64,000 nt of DNA from Limisphaerales bacterium (GTDB lineage Bacteria > Verrucomicrobiota > Verrucomicrobiia > Limisphaerales > JAJOIW01), in contig CBFHOE010000002.1 in NCBI GenBank assembly GCA_965657355.1, forward strand, positions 256,001-320,000, read 5' to 3'. Every line of letters begins with the position of its first letter. Position 1 is the stretch's first letter. A model generated the notes under the pieces. It did no database searches. It had not been told where the DNA came from and saw only the letters and a program-made list of their open reading frames with translations. A program made the position numbers and the translations under genes. Shown here piece by piece: positions 45,794 through 58,032 of the stretch.

Positions 45794-46210
45794 TTAGACC
45801 TTAGGTTTGACTACAAATTTAGTTTTGATAGGAAGCTTGTTGGCGGCAAGACGCATGGCTTCCTTAGCGACAGCTTCAGATACGCCGTCGACCTCGAATA
45901 GCATTGTCGCCGGTTTTATAACAGCGACCCATCCTTCGACGGGACCCTTACCCTTACCCATTCTCACTTCGAGTGGTTTTTTGGTGAATGATTTGTATGG
46001 AAAAATTCTGATCCAAACTTTACCCCGACGCTTCATTCTCCGGGTTATGGCAATACGACAGGTTTCGATGACCTTAGTGTCTAACCAGCATCTTTCGAGA
46101 GATTGAAGGCCATATTGGCCGAAGGAAATGGAAGAGCCACGATGCGCAAGCCCGGCACGATTGCCACGGTGCATCTTGCGGTACTTCACTCTTTTGGGCA
46201 TTAAAGGCAT
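45794..46210 (-). CDS. rplP: 50S ribosomal protein L16
   Basis: [25 protein letters not shown]. Confidence 0.99.
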   Translation of the reverse strand: MPLMPKRVKYRKMHRGNRAGLAHRGSSISFGQYGLQSLERCWLDTKVIETCRIAITRRMKRRGKVWIRIFPYKSFTKKPLEVRMGKGKGPVEGWVAVIKPATMLFEVDGVSEAVAKEAMRLAANKLPIKTKFVVKPKV

Positions 46211-46248
46211 TTAATTTTCTCCTATTTAAATTCTGAGTTTAAAATTTA

Positions 46249-46908
46249 TTATTTTGCAACTGGAACAATTACCGGCGCGCTCGTATCAATTTCACCTTGG
46301 CAGATCCAGCACTTTACTCCGAGGATTCCATATAACGTGGAAGCCCTTGCGTAGCCGTAATCAATGTTGGCCCTTAAAGTGTGGAGAGGCACTCTCCCTC
46401 TATTGTATTGTTCGACCCTCGCAAGTTCGGCGCCGCCCAATCTTCCTGCACAACGAATTTTAATACCGTCAGCACCAAAATCCATGGTTGTCTGAACAGC
46501 CTTTTTCATTGCTCTCCTGAAGGAAATTCTTCGTTCAAGCTGCAGGGCAACGCTTTCAGCTACAAGCTGCGCATCGGTCTCGGGTTGCTTGACCTCTTGA
46601 ATATCTAAATAGATTTCCTTTCCAGTTTTGTTACTTAGGTAATCTTTTATTTTTTCAATTTCTGAACCTTTGCGCCCGATAACAACACCAGGGCGAGCTG
46701 TGAGTATAGTAACTCGACACCTGCTTGCTGCCCGCTCTATCTTGATACGGGGAACAGCAGCTGTTTGCAGCTTCTTCTTCAAAAAAGTTCTTATGTAATT
46801 GTCTTCTGCAACTAAATCACCAAATTCACAACTTGATGCATACCACTTTGACTGCCAATCACGGCTTAGCGGAAGTCGAAGACCGACTGGATTTGATTTT
46901 TGCCCCAT
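46249..46908 (-). CDS. rpsC: 30S ribosomal protein S3
   Basis: MGQKSNP, RPGVVIGRKG, GRLGGAE, GRVPLHTLRANIDYG. Confidence 0.99.
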   Translation of the reverse strand: MGQKSNPVGLRLPLSRDWQSKWYASSCEFGDLVAEDNYIRTFLKKKLQTAAVPRIKIERAASRCRVTILTARPGVVIGRKGSEIEKIKDYLSNKTGKEIYLDIQEVKQPETDAQLVAESVALQLERRISFRRAMKKAVQTTMDFGADGIKIRCAGRLGGAELARVEQYNRGRVPLHTLRANIDYGYARASTLYGILGVKCWICQGEIDTSAPVIVPVAK

Positions 46909-46912
46909 TAAA

Positions 46913-47245
46913 TTATGCCTCTGTTAAAGTTATTCTTATTCTACAAGTTCTTTTGAGAATGCGACCTGCGGACCCCCTTGCCTTCGGTCTCCATCTCTTG
47001 AGTGTTGGCCCAGCACCAGTGACAGCTTCTTTGATGACTAATTTTTCGATGTCCATATCGTGGTTGTTTTCCGCGTTAGCAAGCGCACTATTAAGGGTTT
47101 TTAAGGCCCAGAACGCCGATTTGCGCGGGATAACATCGAGGATGGCTTTTGCCTCCAAAGCATTGAGTCCCTGTACTTGTCTCAGCACCTCTCTCACCTT
47201 TTGTGGGGACATCCTGACATTTTTTGTTATTGCGTTAACTTCCAT
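46913..47245 (-). CDS. rplV: 50S ribosomal protein L22
   Basis: RMSPQKVR, SALANAENN, LKRWRPKARG. Confidence 0.99.
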   Translation of the reverse strand: MEVNAITKNVRMSPQKVREVLRQVQGLNALEAKAILDVIPRKSAFWALKTLNSALANAENNHDMDIEKLVIKEAVTGAGPTLKRWRPKARGSAGRILKRTCRIRITLTEA

Positions 47246-47283
47246 TGCTTCAAACTCTGGTACTTAAGTTTAAATTTTTATTG

Positions 47284-47556
47284 TTACTTCTTATTTGGGT
47301 GGTCTCCGTGTGTTCTGAAAGTACGTGTTGGGGCAAACTCACCGAGCTTGTGGCCAACCATGTTTTCTGTGACGAGGACGTTCGTGAAAACTTTGCCGTT
47401 GTGAACATTAAATGTGAGGCCGACAAAATCTGGTATGATCATCGATCTTCTGGACCAGGTTTTGATAGGTTTGCGGCTTCCACTTTCTTGGGCCTTTTCC
47501 ACCTTTTTAAGCAACTTGTGGTCTACATATGGACCTTTTTTGATTGATCGTGGCAT
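47284..47556 (-). CDS. rpsS: 30S ribosomal protein S19
   Basis: [27 protein letters not shown]. Confidence 0.99.
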   Translation of the reverse strand: MPRSIKKGPYVDHKLLKKVEKAQESGSRKPIKTWSRRSMIIPDFVGLTFNVHNGKVFTNVLVTENMVGHKLGEFAPTRTFRTHGDHPNKK

Positions 47557-47564
47557 AGCAGAAA

Positions 47565-48410
47565 TTATTTACGTTTGAATGGGTTTCCATCGCGGCGTGA
47601 GACGATGAGTTTATCTGAATATTTGCGGCGTTTTCTCGTTTTATACCCTTTGGTCAACTTACCCCAGGGTGTCATAGGATGGCCACCACCAGAAGTTTTT
47701 CCAGCGCCACCGCCCATTGGGTGATCAATTGGGTTTTTAGCAACCGCTCTGGTTATTGGGCGGCGACCGAGGTAGCGACTTCTTCCAGCCTTACCGAGAA
47801 CCGTCTTCTCATGCTCAGCATTTCCGACGCTTCCTATAGTAGCGTAGCACTTTGCATTGACTTTTCTGATTTCACCGGAGGGCATCTTTAGCTGAGCATA
47901 TCCGTCGGTGACGGCCATGAGGACGGCAGAGCATCCAGCACTACGAGCCATTTGCCCGCCCTTGCCTGGCGTGAGTTCTATATTGTGAACAGGTTGTCCG
48001 ACAGGTATCGAAGATAATGGCATACAATTTCCAGCGACTGGACTGCATTCGGGACCTGAGTAAATGGAGTCACCGGCCTTGAGTCCATCAGGACTTAAGA
48101 TGTATGTCTTTTTGCCATCCGGATATTGAACCAACGCAATATTGGCACTTCGAGATGGATCGTATTCCAACTGCAAGACTTTGGCTTCTTCCCCGTGACG
48201 GTTTCGGCGAAAATCGACTATGCGGATTTTCTTCTTGTGACCACCACCGATACCACGGCTTGTGACACGGCCATAGCTGTTGCGCCCACCGGTTCGTTTT
48301 TTGGTGTAAACCAGGGATCTTTGAGGACGGTTATGAGAGAGGTCCTCTTCTTTGACTACCGTCATATATCGGAGTGACGGTGTCAGGGGTCTGAATCTTT
48401 TTACTGGCAT
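47565..48410 (-). CDS. rplB: 50S ribosomal protein L2
   Basis: [27 protein letters not shown]. Confidence 0.99.
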   Translation of the reverse strand: MPVKRFRPLTPSLRYMTVVKEEDLSHNRPQRSLVYTKKRTGGRNSYGRVTSRGIGGGHKKKIRIVDFRRNRHGEEAKVLQLEYDPSRSANIALVQYPDGKKTYILSPDGLKAGDSIYSGPECSPVAGNCMPLSSIPVGQPVHNIELTPGKGGQMARSAGCSAVLMAVTDGYAQLKMPSGEIRKVNAKCYATIGSVGNAEHEKTVLGKAGRSRYLGRRPITRAVAKNPIDHPMGGGAGKTSGGGHPMTPWGKLTKGYKTRKRRKYSDKLIVSRRDGNPFKRK

Positions 48411-48418
48411 TTTACTCT

Positions 48419-48700
48419 TTAGGTAAGGTCAATCATATCGCCATCCTGTAATCGGACGATGGCTTTTTTCCATTGGGCAGTTTTTCCTTGAGCGGCTGTT
48501 CTTTTGCGTCGCAATTTTCCTGCCACGTTCATTGTGTTGACGCTCATTACTTTGACGCTGAAAAGTTCCTCGACGGCCTTCTTAATTTGCACTTTGTTTG
48601 CTCGACGATCAGCAACCAAGACATACTGGTTTCCAACCTCCGAAAGACCCGAGCTTTTTTCGGTAATCTTTACTGTTTTGATAATATCGTAGTTAGTCAT
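48419..48700 (-). CDS. rplW: 50S ribosomal protein L23
   Basis: ITEKS, ANKVQIKKAVEELF, WKKAIV. Confidence 0.98.
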   Translation of the reverse strand: MTNYDIIKTVKITEKSSGLSEVGNQYVLVADRRANKVQIKKAVEELFSVKVMSVNTMNVAGKLRRKRTAAQGKTAQWKKAIVRLQDGDMIDLT

Positions 48701-48702
48701 TT

Positions 48703-49326
48703 TCAGCTGGAAATTCTCTGTTCTAGTGCTTCAAGTGCCGATTTGCTAATGACTATCTTGTCCTGACGCAAGATAGAGTATGTGTGAACCTGAGGGGCTG
48801 TTAAAACGTCGACGTGCGGAATATTTCTCGCACCAAGAAAAAGGTTAGTGTTTTCTCCCTCGGGAATGACGAGAACTGTTCCTGTAGCTCCTACCTTATC
48901 CAACCAAGCGATAGCTGCTTTTGTTTTTGGCTCAGGTATTTCTATGGAGTCGACAACAATGACGTCTCCCATGATAAATCTCTCGCCAAGGGCTTTTCTC
49001 AGAGCTAATCGTTTAACCTTTTTGTTGGTCTTTTTGGAGAAGTCTCTGGGGCGTGGTCCAAATACGACACCGCCACCTCTCCAGATGGGAGACGCATAAG
49101 AACCCGCGCGTGCCCGCCCTGTTCCTTTTTGGCGCCATGGCTTGCGAGTGGTCGCACTGACTTCACCTCGAGTTTTTGTGCAAGCAGTTCCTGTTCTTTG
49201 GGCCGCTCTATAAGCAACAACAGTCTCGTGAACCGCATGAGCTGCCTTTTCGCCTTCAGGTATTTCAAAAGATAAGTCTCTTTCTTCAACCTGCTCACCG
49301 GCATTGTTAATAATTGAAATCTTCAC
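48703..49326 (-). CDS. rplD: 50S ribosomal protein L4 (GTG start)
   Basis: [25 protein letters not shown]. Confidence 0.99.
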   Translation of the reverse strand: MKISIINNAGEQVEERDLSFEIPEGEKAAHAVHETVVAYRAAQRTGTACTKTRGEVSATTRKPWRQKGTGRARAGSYASPIWRGGGVVFGPRPRDFSKKTNKKVKRLALRKALGERFIMGDVIVVDSIEIPEPKTKAAIAWLDKVGATGTVLVIPEGENTNLFLGARNIPHVDVLTAPQVHTYSILRQDKIVISKSALEALEQRISS

Positions 49327-49373
49327 TTTTTAGAGATCGTGTAAATGTTTTGGCTTAAAATCTAAGATTCAGA

Positions 49374-50012
49374 TCAGCCCTTTTTCGGTTTTTTCTTACT
49401 GTCGCGAATAACGATGTAATCTCCCTTTGCTCCAGGTACAGCACCCTGGATGAGTATTAAATTGTCTTCAGCTAGAATTCGAACGACTTTAAGGTTTTGA
49501 ACAGTGCGTTTACGCTGACCCATGTGGCCCGGCATTTTAGTACCTTTGATGACCCATCCTGGAGTGGAGCCACCTGAGATGGCACCAGGACGTCGATACC
49601 ATCCTTTTTGGCCGTGTGTTTTGCGACCGCCGCCGAAGTTGTAGCGTCTCACAACGCCTTGAAAACCTCTTCCCTTGGTGATTCCGATGACGTCAATAAA
49701 ATCACCTTCATCGAAGATATCAACGTTGAGGGTGTCTCCGGGTTTTACCTCTATTGAGAAATCCCTAAATTCTTTAAGTTTCTTGGTCGGCGATACACCG
49801 TATTTGGAGGCTTGCCCGAGATCTGGTTTGTTTAGCCTTTGTTCTTTTTGGTCATCATAGCCCAATTGAACGGCTTGATAACCGTCAGTTTCGTCATTCT
49901 TGCATTGCATGACGCGGTTCGGACCAGCGTGAACCACAGTGACGTGGTGTATGTTACCGTCTTTGTCGTAAACTCTGGTTTGCCCCAGTTTCTTTCCTAT
50001 TAATCCAATCAT
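49374..50012 (-). CDS. rplC: 50S ribosomal protein L3
   Basis: GKKLGQT, DGYQAVQ, KGRGFQG, MPGHMG. Confidence 0.99.
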   Translation of the reverse strand: MIGLIGKKLGQTRVYDKDGNIHHVTVVHAGPNRVMQCKNDETDGYQAVQLGYDDQKEQRLNKPDLGQASKYGVSPTKKLKEFRDFSIEVKPGDTLNVDIFDEGDFIDVIGITKGRGFQGVVRRYNFGGGRKTHGQKGWYRRPGAISGGSTPGWVIKGTKMPGHMGQRKRTVQNLKVVRILAEDNLILIQGAVPGAKGDYIVIRDSKKKPKKG

Positions 50013-50023
50013 TTTATGTGGGG

Positions 50024-50332
50024 TTAGACTTTTATTTGGATGTCAACACCAGCTGGAAGGTTGAGTTTTTTAAGCTCATCCACTGTCTTGGCTGTTGGTT
50101 CAATAATATCGAGAAGCCGTTTGTGAGTTCTTTGCTCAAAGGTTTCCTGTGACTTTTTGTCGACGTGGGGAGACCTTGTCACTGTGAAACGCTCAATGCG
50201 AGTAGGCAATGGAATAGGTCCCGCGACTCTTGCTCCAGTGCGCTTTACCGTCTCGACGATGTCGGTAGCCGACGCATCGATGATGCGGTGATCATATGCT
50301 TTCAATCTAATTCTAATGCGCTGACCAGTCAT
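50024..50332 (-). CDS. rpsJ: 30S ribosomal protein S10
   Basis: [25 protein letters not shown]. Confidence 0.99.
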   Translation of the reverse strand: MTGQRIRIRLKAYDHRIIDASATDIVETVKRTGARVAGPIPLPTRIERFTVTRSPHVDKKSQETFEQRTHKRLLDIIEPTAKTVDELKKLNLPAGVDIQIKV

Positions 50333-50361
50333 GATTTTTTACTAAAAATGAATTCCATAAT

Positions 50362-52527
50362 TTACAGGTTGAGTGGGGTTCCAAAGAGTTTCTCAACGAT
50401 TTGCTGTTCAATATTCTTTGGGACAGAGTCGAAGTGCGATGGTTCCATCGTATAGTCAGCTCGGCCACTCGATAAGGTTCTTACTGCGGTCGCGTAACCG
50501 AACATTTCGGCCAGAGGCACCTCTGCATCGACAACAGATCTTTTCAACTTTGTGTCGATTGCAGTTATTTTGGCCCTTCTCCTGTTGAGGTCACCAAGGA
50601 TGTCTCCTTGGTTTTCTTCAGGAGAACTGACTTCGAGTTTCATTATAGGCTCGAGCAATTCCGGACCGGCATTCTTGACAGCTTCCTTAAATGCAAAAAG
50701 GCCAGCCATCTTGAACGCAATTTCCGAGGAATCTACCTCGTGAAATGAACCACCTGTAAGACGGACCTTGAGATCCACCATAGGGTAGTTGGCAATAATG
50801 CCATTTTGAACCGCCTCGCGGATACCCTCAAGGGCCGGTTCAATAAATTCTTTTGGTATGTCGCCTCCCGTAACTTCGGAAGTGATTTCAATACCTTTAC
50901 CTCTTTCGAGGGGTTCGATCGATACGATCGCATGGCCAAATTGACCTTTTCCTCCAGCCTGCTTGATGAACTTTCCTTCACCTTCGGCGACACTAGAGAC
51001 AGCTTCGCGGTAGGCTATCTGTGGAGTTCCAGAGTTAGCCACCACTTTGAACTCTCTGAAGAGTCGATCTCTAATGATTTCCAAGTGGAGTTCCCCCATT
51101 CCGGAGATGATGAGTTGCCCAGTTTCTTCGTCTGTAAAAGATCGAAAAGTAGGATCCTCATCAGAAAGTCGCCGCAAAGCTTCGACTAACTTATCTCGGT
51201 CGGCCTGAGACTTTGGCTCAATCGCCATCGAGATAACTGGCTCAGGGAACGAAGGCGGCATCAATAAAGCCGGTAAACTTTGATTGGCGAGAGTATCACC
51301 AGTCTGCACATCTTTAAGCCCAACTAGAGCCGCGATGTCACCCGAATAAACCGCATCAACGTCGATCTTTTCATCCGCCTTGATCATTAGCAATCTGCTA
51401 ACTCTCGTTTTGCGGCGAGTTCGAGTATTGTAAATCGTTTCACCTTTTTTAAGCTTACCTCCGTATACACGAAAGAAGGTCAGTTTACCGATGAACGGGT
51501 CAGACCAGAGCTTAAAAGCCAGAGCACAGAATTTAAACCCATCATCGGATTTAATTTCAATACTTTTTTCTGAATTATTTGCATTTGTGGCTGTGAAGGT
51601 GTCGATATCAAGTGGTGAAGGCAGATAATCGACTACAGCATCAATGAGAAATTGAATTCCCTTGTTTTTAAAAGCGGACCCACCAAGAACTGGAATGAAA
51701 GACATTTGACAGGTGCATTCTCTGATCGCACGCTTTAAAAGCTGATCTGGAACAGGCTTTTCTTCAAGAAAGCACTCCCCGACTTCATCATGAATATCCG
51801 CAACTGCTTCGATCAGGCTTGAGTATAAAAGCTCTGCCGTCTCTTTAAGTGAGTCAGGTATTTCAATGACATTATAGGTAGAACCCAGTAAATCGGATTC
51901 ATCGTAGGTGACGGCCTTCTTGCCTATGATATCAACGAATCCAGATAGTTCGCTTTCAGAACCTATAGGAAAGCATACAGGATGAGCGTTCGCTCCTAAC
52001 TTTTCTCTTAACTCTTCAACGACCCGAGTGTAATCAGCACCAACCCTATCGAGCTTATTGACGAACGCTATGCGTGGGACGTTATACTTATTAGCTTGCC
52101 GCCAGACCGTTTCCGACTGAGGCTGCACTCCAGCGACTCCGCAGAAAACAGCAATGGCACCGTCGAGAACACGCATTGACCTTTCAACCTCTGCTGTAAA
52201 ATCAACATGGCCAGGTGTATCAATAATGTTGACCCTGTGGGGGATGTCGACGAAGGATTTAGATAGGGCATCACTTACTTGGGTCCAGTAGCATGTGATA
52301 GCTGCTGAGGTTATGGTGATGCCACGTTCACGTTCTTGTTCCATCCAATCAGTGACTGTTGTGCCTTCATGCACCTCACCGATTTTGTGGACGAGCCCAG
52401 TATAAAAAAGGATACGTTCGGTAGTCGTTGTTTTACCGGCATCAATGTGCGCTGCGATCCCGATATTACGGGTGCGCTCCATTGAATACTCTCGCTCGGG
52501 AGAGTTTCTGTCCGACAAAACGGTCAT
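50362..52527 (-). CDS. fusA: Elongation factor G
   Basis: [40 protein letters not shown]. Confidence 0.99.
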   Translation of the reverse strand: MTVLSDRNSPEREYSMERTRNIGIAAHIDAGKTTTTERILFYTGLVHKIGEVHEGTTVTDWMEQERERGITITSAAITCYWTQVSDALSKSFVDIPHRVNIIDTPGHVDFTAEVERSMRVLDGAIAVFCGVAGVQPQSETVWRQANKYNVPRIAFVNKLDRVGADYTRVVEELREKLGANAHPVCFPIGSESELSGFVDIIGKKAVTYDESDLLGSTYNVIEIPDSLKETAELLYSSLIEAVADIHDEVGECFLEEKPVPDQLLKRAIRECTCQMSFIPVLGGSAFKNKGIQFLIDAVVDYLPSPLDIDTFTATNANNSEKSIEIKSDDGFKFCALAFKLWSDPFIGKLTFFRVYGGKLKKGETIYNTRTRRKTRVSRLLMIKADEKIDVDAVYSGDIAALVGLKDVQTGDTLANQSLPALLMPPSFPEPVISMAIEPKSQADRDKLVEALRRLSDEDPTFRSFTDEETGQLIISGMGELHLEIIRDRLFREFKVVANSGTPQIAYREAVSSVAEGEGKFIKQAGGKGQFGHAIVSIEPLERGKGIEITSEVTGGDIPKEFIEPALEGIREAVQNGIIANYPMVDLKVRLTGGSFHEVDSSEIAFKMAGLFAFKEAVKNAGPELLEPIMKLEVSSPEENQGDILGDLNRRRAKITAIDTKLKRSVVDAEVPLAEMFGYATAVRTLSSGRADYTMEPSHFDSVPKNIEQQIVEKLFGTPLNL

Positions 52528-52659
52528 ATACTACTTTAAATGAACAAAATTAAAATTTTAAAACTAGTAACGACTAAAGGTCAGGAACCAGAGATCCCCA
52601 GTATTAGTCGATAAAAATACCCCAGTATGCAAAAGCATAGACTGAGGATTTGTTAAATC

Positions 52660-53133
52660 TTACCAACGGAAATGAGCAAATGCTTTGTTAGCTTGCGCCA
52701 TTTTGTGCACTTCGTCTCTTTTACGGATTGCACTTCCCTGTCCCTGAAAAGCATCTAGAATTTCATTGGCTAAGGCACTTTTCATTGGTGTGCCTTTTCG
52801 CTTGTTAGCGAATCCAACGAGCCAACGCACTCCGAGAGCGACTTGTCGGTCTGGGGAAACCTCCATGGGAACCTGGTATGTCGCGCCACCAACTCGACGG
52901 GCTTTCACTTCAAGTCGTGGTTTGGCGTTATCAACAGCTCTTTGAAGAATTTCCAATGGATTCGAATTAGGATTTTTTTCAATGATAACATCGAACGCCT
53001 TGTAAACAATGTTTTGAGCAACGGTCTTTTTACCGTCCTGCATAACAGTGTTTACGAGTCGTGAGACCAAAGTGTCGTGGTATCTTGCATCTCTTTCGAG
53101 AGGTCTTTTTACTGCCCTGCGTCGTCTTGACAT
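52660..53133 (-). CDS. rpsG: 30S ribosomal protein S7
   Basis: RRVGGATYQVP, MAQANKAFAHFRW. Confidence 0.99.
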   Translation of the reverse strand: MSRRRRAVKRPLERDARYHDTLVSRLVNTVMQDGKKTVAQNIVYKAFDVIIEKNPNSNPLEILQRAVDNAKPRLEVKARRVGGATYQVPMEVSPDRQVALGVRWLVGFANKRKGTPMKSALANEILDAFQGQGSAIRKRDEVHKMAQANKAFAHFRW

Positions 53134-53187
53134 CTTCTAGTTAGCTTAAAGAAATTGTAATAGTTGGTTTAAAATTAACAAAAGAGA

Positions 53188-53571
53188 TTACCCTTTTTTC
53201 TCTTTAGGTTTTTTGACTCCGTATTTAGAACGGCTGATGCGTCTCTTTTCGACCCCATTGGCATCAAGCGCACCTCTTACTACGTGGTATCTTACACCAG
53301 GTAAGTCCTTTACACGTCCACCCCTCACAAGAACTATACTGTGCTCCTGCAGATTGTGACCTTCGTCCGGTATGTAAGCAATGACTTCTATCCCATTAGT
53401 CAAGCGGACCTTGGCTACTTTACGCATAGCTGAGTTAGGTTTCTTTGGTGTTCTTGTCATCACCTGAACACACACACCACGACGAAATGGGCAAGAATCC
53501 AACGCCGGAGAATTCGACTTGGATATGATTTTCTTTCTTCCTTTTCTTATGAGCTGATTGATTGTCGGCAT
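53188..53571 (-). CDS. rpsL: 30S ribosomal protein S12
   Basis: [20 protein letters not shown]. Confidence 0.99.
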   Translation of the reverse strand: MPTINQLIRKGRKKIISKSNSPALDSCPFRRGVCVQVMTRTPKKPNSAMRKVAKVRLTNGIEVIAYIPDEGHNLQEHSIVLVRGGRVKDLPGVRYHVVRGALDANGVEKRRISRSKYGVKKPKEKKG

Positions 53572-53618
53572 ATTATCCGCTTGGAAACTATATGTTAAAT
53601 TTCAGTAAAGGGACCGAA

Positions 53619-53646
53619 ATATTATAGATTTGATTTTTTTGTGCAA
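53619..53646 (-). promoter_or_regulatory. Probable promoter of the str/S10/spc/alpha transcript
   Basis: TTGCAC (53646-53641) followed by TATAATAT (53626-53619); very AT-rich upstream tract. Confidence 0.5.
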
Positions 53647-53745
53647 ACTTATTTTTAATTTTTTTTTAAATAGCTGGTTTTCAACCTTTGATAATCAAAA
53701 TTGATGGCATTTATGACTTATTTGATCTGATTTTATTACCCACAT

Positions 53746-53778
53746 AAAAAAAATGACCCACGCTTGGTGGGTCTTTTT
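53746..53778. terminator. Intrinsic terminator after rpoC (bidirectional shape)
   Basis: GACCCAC-GCTTG-GTGGGTC flanked by A8 and T5. Confidence 0.8.
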
Positions 53779-53819
53779 GGTTGAAATAAGTATTTCGATA
53801 GTCAGTCTAGAAATCAGAA

Positions 53820-56800
53820 CTATCCGACGAGTTTATCAAGAGGATCTACCTTTTCAGACTCAAATTCCTGCTCAGTTTCCACCTGAGGTATATCTAATTT
53901 GAGATCACGGTGTTCGGGGAAACCTGTTCCAGCAGGGATGATATGTCCCATGATAACATTCTCTTTAAACCCTTTCAGGAAGTCTACTTTACCAAGCGTC
54001 GCGGCTTCTGTGAGAACTCGCGTAGTGTCCTGGAACGAAGCCGCCGAGAGGAAACTTTCTGTCTCAAGTGAGGCTTTGGTGATACCCAAAAGAACTGGGG
54101 AAGCCTCCGCTGGATCTCCACCCATTTCTTCGACCCTACGATTTTCTCTATCGAAAGCAATTCTATCAATCTGCTCACCCCATAAGAAAGGAGTATCTCC
54201 GGGCTCTGTGATTCTTACTTTTCTGAGCATTTGGCGGATAATAATTTCGATGTGCTTGTCGTTAATAGTCACACCTTGAAGGCGATAAACTTCTTGGACT
54301 TCATTGACCAAGTGCTCTTGAAGTTCATGTGGGCCACAAACCTCGAGAATCTCATGCGGAACTACTGGACCTTCAGTCAACTGTTGCCCTTTGTGAACAT
54401 AATCCCCCTTAAAGACGATGACATGCTTTGAAATCTGAACGAGATGTTCTTCCTCCTGCCCAGTATTTGGGTCGCGTATTATGATACAGCGCTTACCCCG
54501 AACGCTTGGCCCGAAATCGACAATACCGTCAATCTTCGAGATTTCCGCCGCATCCTTGGGACGCCGGGCTTCGAAAAGTTCGGCCACACGAGGAAGACCA
54601 CCAGTGATGTCCTTTGTCTTGGATGACTTTCTTGGTGTTTTTGCAAGAAGCGTTCCCGCCGGGACTTTATCTCCCTCATGCACCACAATGTAAGCGCCTG
54701 AAGGGATGGGGTAGCTCGCCAAGGTTTCACCTTTGTTATCGGAAATGATGACTTGTGGATGTAAGTCTTCTTTGTGGTCAATAACAACAACAGCCTCTTG
54801 GGATGTCTGTTGATCCATTTCCTGGACCATAGTAACCCCTTCGATAATATCATGGAATCGAATTGTCCCTGATTTTTCAGTCAAGATTGGAACGTTGTGA
54901 GGATCCCACTCAACAAAAGTTTGCCCTTTGGCGACTGTTCCGCCATCAGGAACGTAAATCACGGAGCCTATGACTATATTGTGTTCCTCTATAACATTGT
55001 CCTTCTCATCAAGGATTGAAATTCCGCCGTTTTTGTTGAGCACAATGAAAGTATTCTCCTCGAGCTCAACCGTTTTTAAGCTTTGGTATTTGACTGTTCC
55101 ACCAAATTTGGAAGCAATTTCCGGTTGCTTGAAGACACCAGCTGCTACACCACCAACGTGGAATGTTCTCATAGTCAACTGAGTTCCAGGCTCCCCAATA
55201 GACTGCGCAGCAACAATACCTACAGCTTCCCCAAGTTTAACTGGGTCACCAGTAGCAAGATTCCTACCGTAGCATTTCACGCAAATTCCTTCCTGGCTCT
55301 CGCATGTGAGGACAGAGCGGATTTTTACTTTTTCGACTCCTGCGTCATCGATAGCGTTCGCTTTGACTTCGTCAATTTCTTCGTTTGCAGCGACCAGAAG
55401 GTGGCTCGCATCTGTTGGATCGTATACATCTTCACAACTGGAGCGGCCGACGAGGCGTTCGCTGATTTTAACAACCTCTTCTTCCCCTTCCCATATTGGC
55501 TGTACCCAAATGCCATTCGAAGTTCCACAGTCGTGATCGCGAATAATGACGTCTTGTGCAACATCAACGAGCTTTCTGGTCATATAACCAGAATCAGCAG
55601 TCTTGAGAGCGGTATCAGCAAGACCCTTACGGGCTCCGTGAGTTGAGATAAAGTATTCGAGGACAGAAAGACCTTCGCGGAAGGAAGCTAGAATTGGTTT
55701 CTCAATAATATCACCCGAAGGTTTTGCCATCAAGCCGCGCAAACCTGCAAGCTGCCTCACCTGGGATTTGTTACCTCTAGCTCCAGAGTCAACCATGACG
55801 TGGACTGGGTTGTAATCTTTCTTACCACGGTTTGTGGCTAAGGTTGCCAGCATGACATTAGCGATTTGATCCGTACAATTCGTCCATATGTCGATGATTT
55901 TGTTGTATCTTTCTCGGCCAGTGATAACACCTCTCCGATATTGCTTTTCAACTTGCTGGATAAGCTTCTGAGCTTCGGAAATTTCTTTGGCTTTTTCGCT
56001 TGGGATGACCATGTCATCAATACCAATAGAACAACCTGAGCGGGTCGCCTCTCTGAACCCAAGCTCTTTCAACCTATCAAGAGCTTCGATTGTTTCTTGA
56101 TGACCACATATTTTGTAGCAGCGGTATATAAAATCCCCAACCTTACCTTTACTCATGGTTTCATTGGAGTAACCCAGCTCATCTGGCCAAATGCTGTTAA
56201 AGATCACCCGACCTACAGTTGTTTTGATGACCTTGTCCTCTTTGTTACCGTAGTAAGTGTCTTTTCCAAAATCAGGATTCTTAAGCCTGATCCAATCGTG
56301 GATGCCGAGAGAACCGTCGTCCAAGGTGTAAAAAATATCATTGTGATCATCAAAAAGAGGCACATGTTTTTCCTCTTCTTGCCCCTCGATTACGCGAGGA
56401 GGCAATGTCACGTAGTAACATCCCAAAGCCACATCTTGGGAAGGGGTCATGATAGGCTTTCCATTCGATGGGTTGAAGATGTTATTAGTGGAAAGCATAA
56501 AATAGCGAGCCTCCATCTGAGCCTCGATACATAGCGGAACATGCACAGCCATCTGATCACCGTCAAAGTCGGCGTTATAGGCCGTACAAACTAATGGGTG
56601 TATTCTAATGGCCTCACCCTCGATGAGTGTCGGCTCGAATGCCTGAATTGAAAGTCTATGAAGAGTCGGGGCTCTATTGAGCATAACTGGGTGGCCCTTA
56701 GTGACGTCTTCCAGGATGTCCCAAACTTCGGGCGCTTGCCTTTCAATCATCTTCTTGGCGGAACGCACTGTATGAACATAGCCGAGTTCCTTGAGCCTTC

Positions 56801-57959
56801 TTATGATAAAGGGTTCGAAAAGGACAAGAGCCATTTTCTTGGGCAACCCACATTGGTTGAGCTTGAGTTCCGGCCCGATAACAATGACCGATCTTCCTGA
56901 ATAATCGACTCGCTTACCTAACAAGTTCTGTCTGAAACGGCCACTTTTGCCTTTGAGCATGTCACTCAATGATTTGAGCGGACGGTTTCCTGCACCCGTT
57001 ACAGCACGACCATGACGACCATTGTCGAATAAAGCATCCACCGCCTCTTGCAGCATACGTTTTTCATTTCGGATAATCACCTCGGGGGTTTTTAGCTGCA
57101 GAAGGTTTTTGAGACGGTTATTTCGATTGATAACCCTTCTGTAAAGATCGTTGAGATCGGATGTCGCGAATCTCCCACCTTCTAGCGGCACAAGCGGACG
57201 AAGGTCTGGAGGAATGACAGGCAATACTGTCAATACCATCCATTCTGGACGCGTCATCGACGTAAGGAATCCCTGAACAAGTTTGATGCGTTTTGAAAGC
57301 TTCTTCCGAATTTGCTTACTACGGGTTTCCTGCATAGCGTCCTGTAAAGAATCGACCAAGGATTCGAGATCGATTTTTGCAAGAGCATCATGAACAGCTT
57401 CAGCACCCATTAATGCTGTAAATGAATCTGGCCCATAGCTGTCTTGGGCTTCCCGGTATTCGGTCTCAGTAAGTATCTGATTTTTGACAAGAGGCGTGTT
57501 CCCCGGATCAATGACTAAATAATCTTCATAGTAAATGACCCTTTCCAGGTTTCTTGCTGTCATGTCCAACATCAAACCAAGACGAGAGGGCATACATTTA
57601 AAAAACCAAATATGCGAGACCGGGACTGCCAACTCTATATGCCCCATGCGTTCTCTGCGAACCCTGGAAAGTGTCACTTCGACACCGCATCGGTCACAAA
57701 TGACACCCCTGTGTTTGATTCTCTTGTATTTACCACAAGAGCATTCCCAGTCTTTTACTGGGCCAAAGATGCGCTCACAAAAAAGGCCACCTTTTTCTGG
57801 TTTGAACGTTCGATAGTTGATTGTCTCGGGATTCTTAACTTCCCCTTTCGACCAGGATCGAATGGTTTCAGGTGAAGAAAGAGTGATGCGGATTGAATTA
57901 ACCGCATTCACTTTGTCCAGGCCAAGCAATTCTCGAGCAGTTTCGCGGGTAGATATCAT
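53820..57959 (-). CDS. rpoC: RNA polymerase subunit beta'
   Basis: CSCGK..CDRC zinc site, [23 protein letters not shown]. Confidence 0.99.
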   Translation of the reverse strand: MISTRETARELLGLDKVNAVNSIRITLSSPETIRSWSKGEVKNPETINYRTFKPEKGGLFCERIFGPVKDWECSCGKYKRIKHRGVICDRCGVEVTLSRVRRERMGHIELAVPVSHIWFFKCMPSRLGLMLDMTARNLERVIYYEDYLVIDPGNTPLVKNQILTETEYREAQDSYGPDSFTALMGAEAVHDALAKIDLESLVDSLQDAMQETRSKQIRKKLSKRIKLVQGFLTSMTRPEWMVLTVLPVIPPDLRPLVPLEGGRFATSDLNDLYRRVINRNNRLKNLLQLKTPEVIIRNEKRMLQEAVDALFDNGRHGRAVTGAGNRPLKSLSDMLKGKSGRFRQNLLGKRVDYSGRSVIVIGPELKLNQCGLPKKMALVLFEPFIIRRLKELGYVHTVRSAKKMIERQAPEVWDILEDVTKGHPVMLNRAPTLHRLSIQAFEPTLIEGEAIRIHPLVCTAYNADFDGDQMAVHVPLCIEAQMEARYFMLSTNNIFNPSNGKPIMTPSQDVALGCYYVTLPPRVIEGQEEEKHVPLFDDHNDIFYTLDDGSLGIHDWIRLKNPDFGKDTYYGNKEDKVIKTTVGRVIFNSIWPDELGYSNETMSKGKVGDFIYRCYKICGHQETIEALDRLKELGFREATRSGCSIGIDDMVIPSEKAKEISEAQKLIQQVEKQYRRGVITGRERYNKIIDIWTNCTDQIANVMLATLATNRGKKDYNPVHVMVDSGARGNKSQVRQLAGLRGLMAKPSGDIIEKPILASFREGLSVLEYFISTHGARKGLADTALKTADSGYMTRKLVDVAQDVIIRDHDCGTSNGIWVQPIWEGEEEVVKISERLVGRSSCEDVYDPTDASHLLVAANEEIDEVKANAIDDAGVEKVKIRSVLTCESQEGICVKCYGRNLATGDPVKLGEAVGIVAAQSIGEPGTQLTMRTFHVGGVAAGVFKQPEIASKFGGTVKYQSLKTVELEENTFIVLNKNGGISILDEKDNVIEEHNIVIGSVIYVPDGGTVAKGQTFVEWDPHNVPILTEKSGTIRFHDIIEGVTMVQEMDQQTSQEAVVVIDHKEDLHPQVIISDNKGETLASYPIPSGAYIVVHEGDKVPAGTLLAKTPRKSSKTKDITGGLPRVAELFEARRPKDAAEISKIDGIVDFGPSVRGKRCIIIRDPNTGQEEEHLVQISKHVIVFKGDYVHKGQQLTEGPVVPHEILEVCGPHELQEHLVNEVQEVYRLQGVTINDKHIEIIIRQMLRKVRITEPGDTPFLWGEQIDRIAFDRENRRVEEMGGDPAEASPVLLGITKASLETESFLSAASFQDTTRVLTEAATLGKVDFLKGFKENVIMGHIIPAGTGFPEHRDLKLDIPQVETEQEFESEKVDPLDKLVG

Positions 57960-58032
57960 ATGTCTAATTTAAATTGTTTTTGTGTGGCCGGCCCCAGACG
58001 ATTGGGAAGCCGGCATGTTAAGTGACTTGGAT

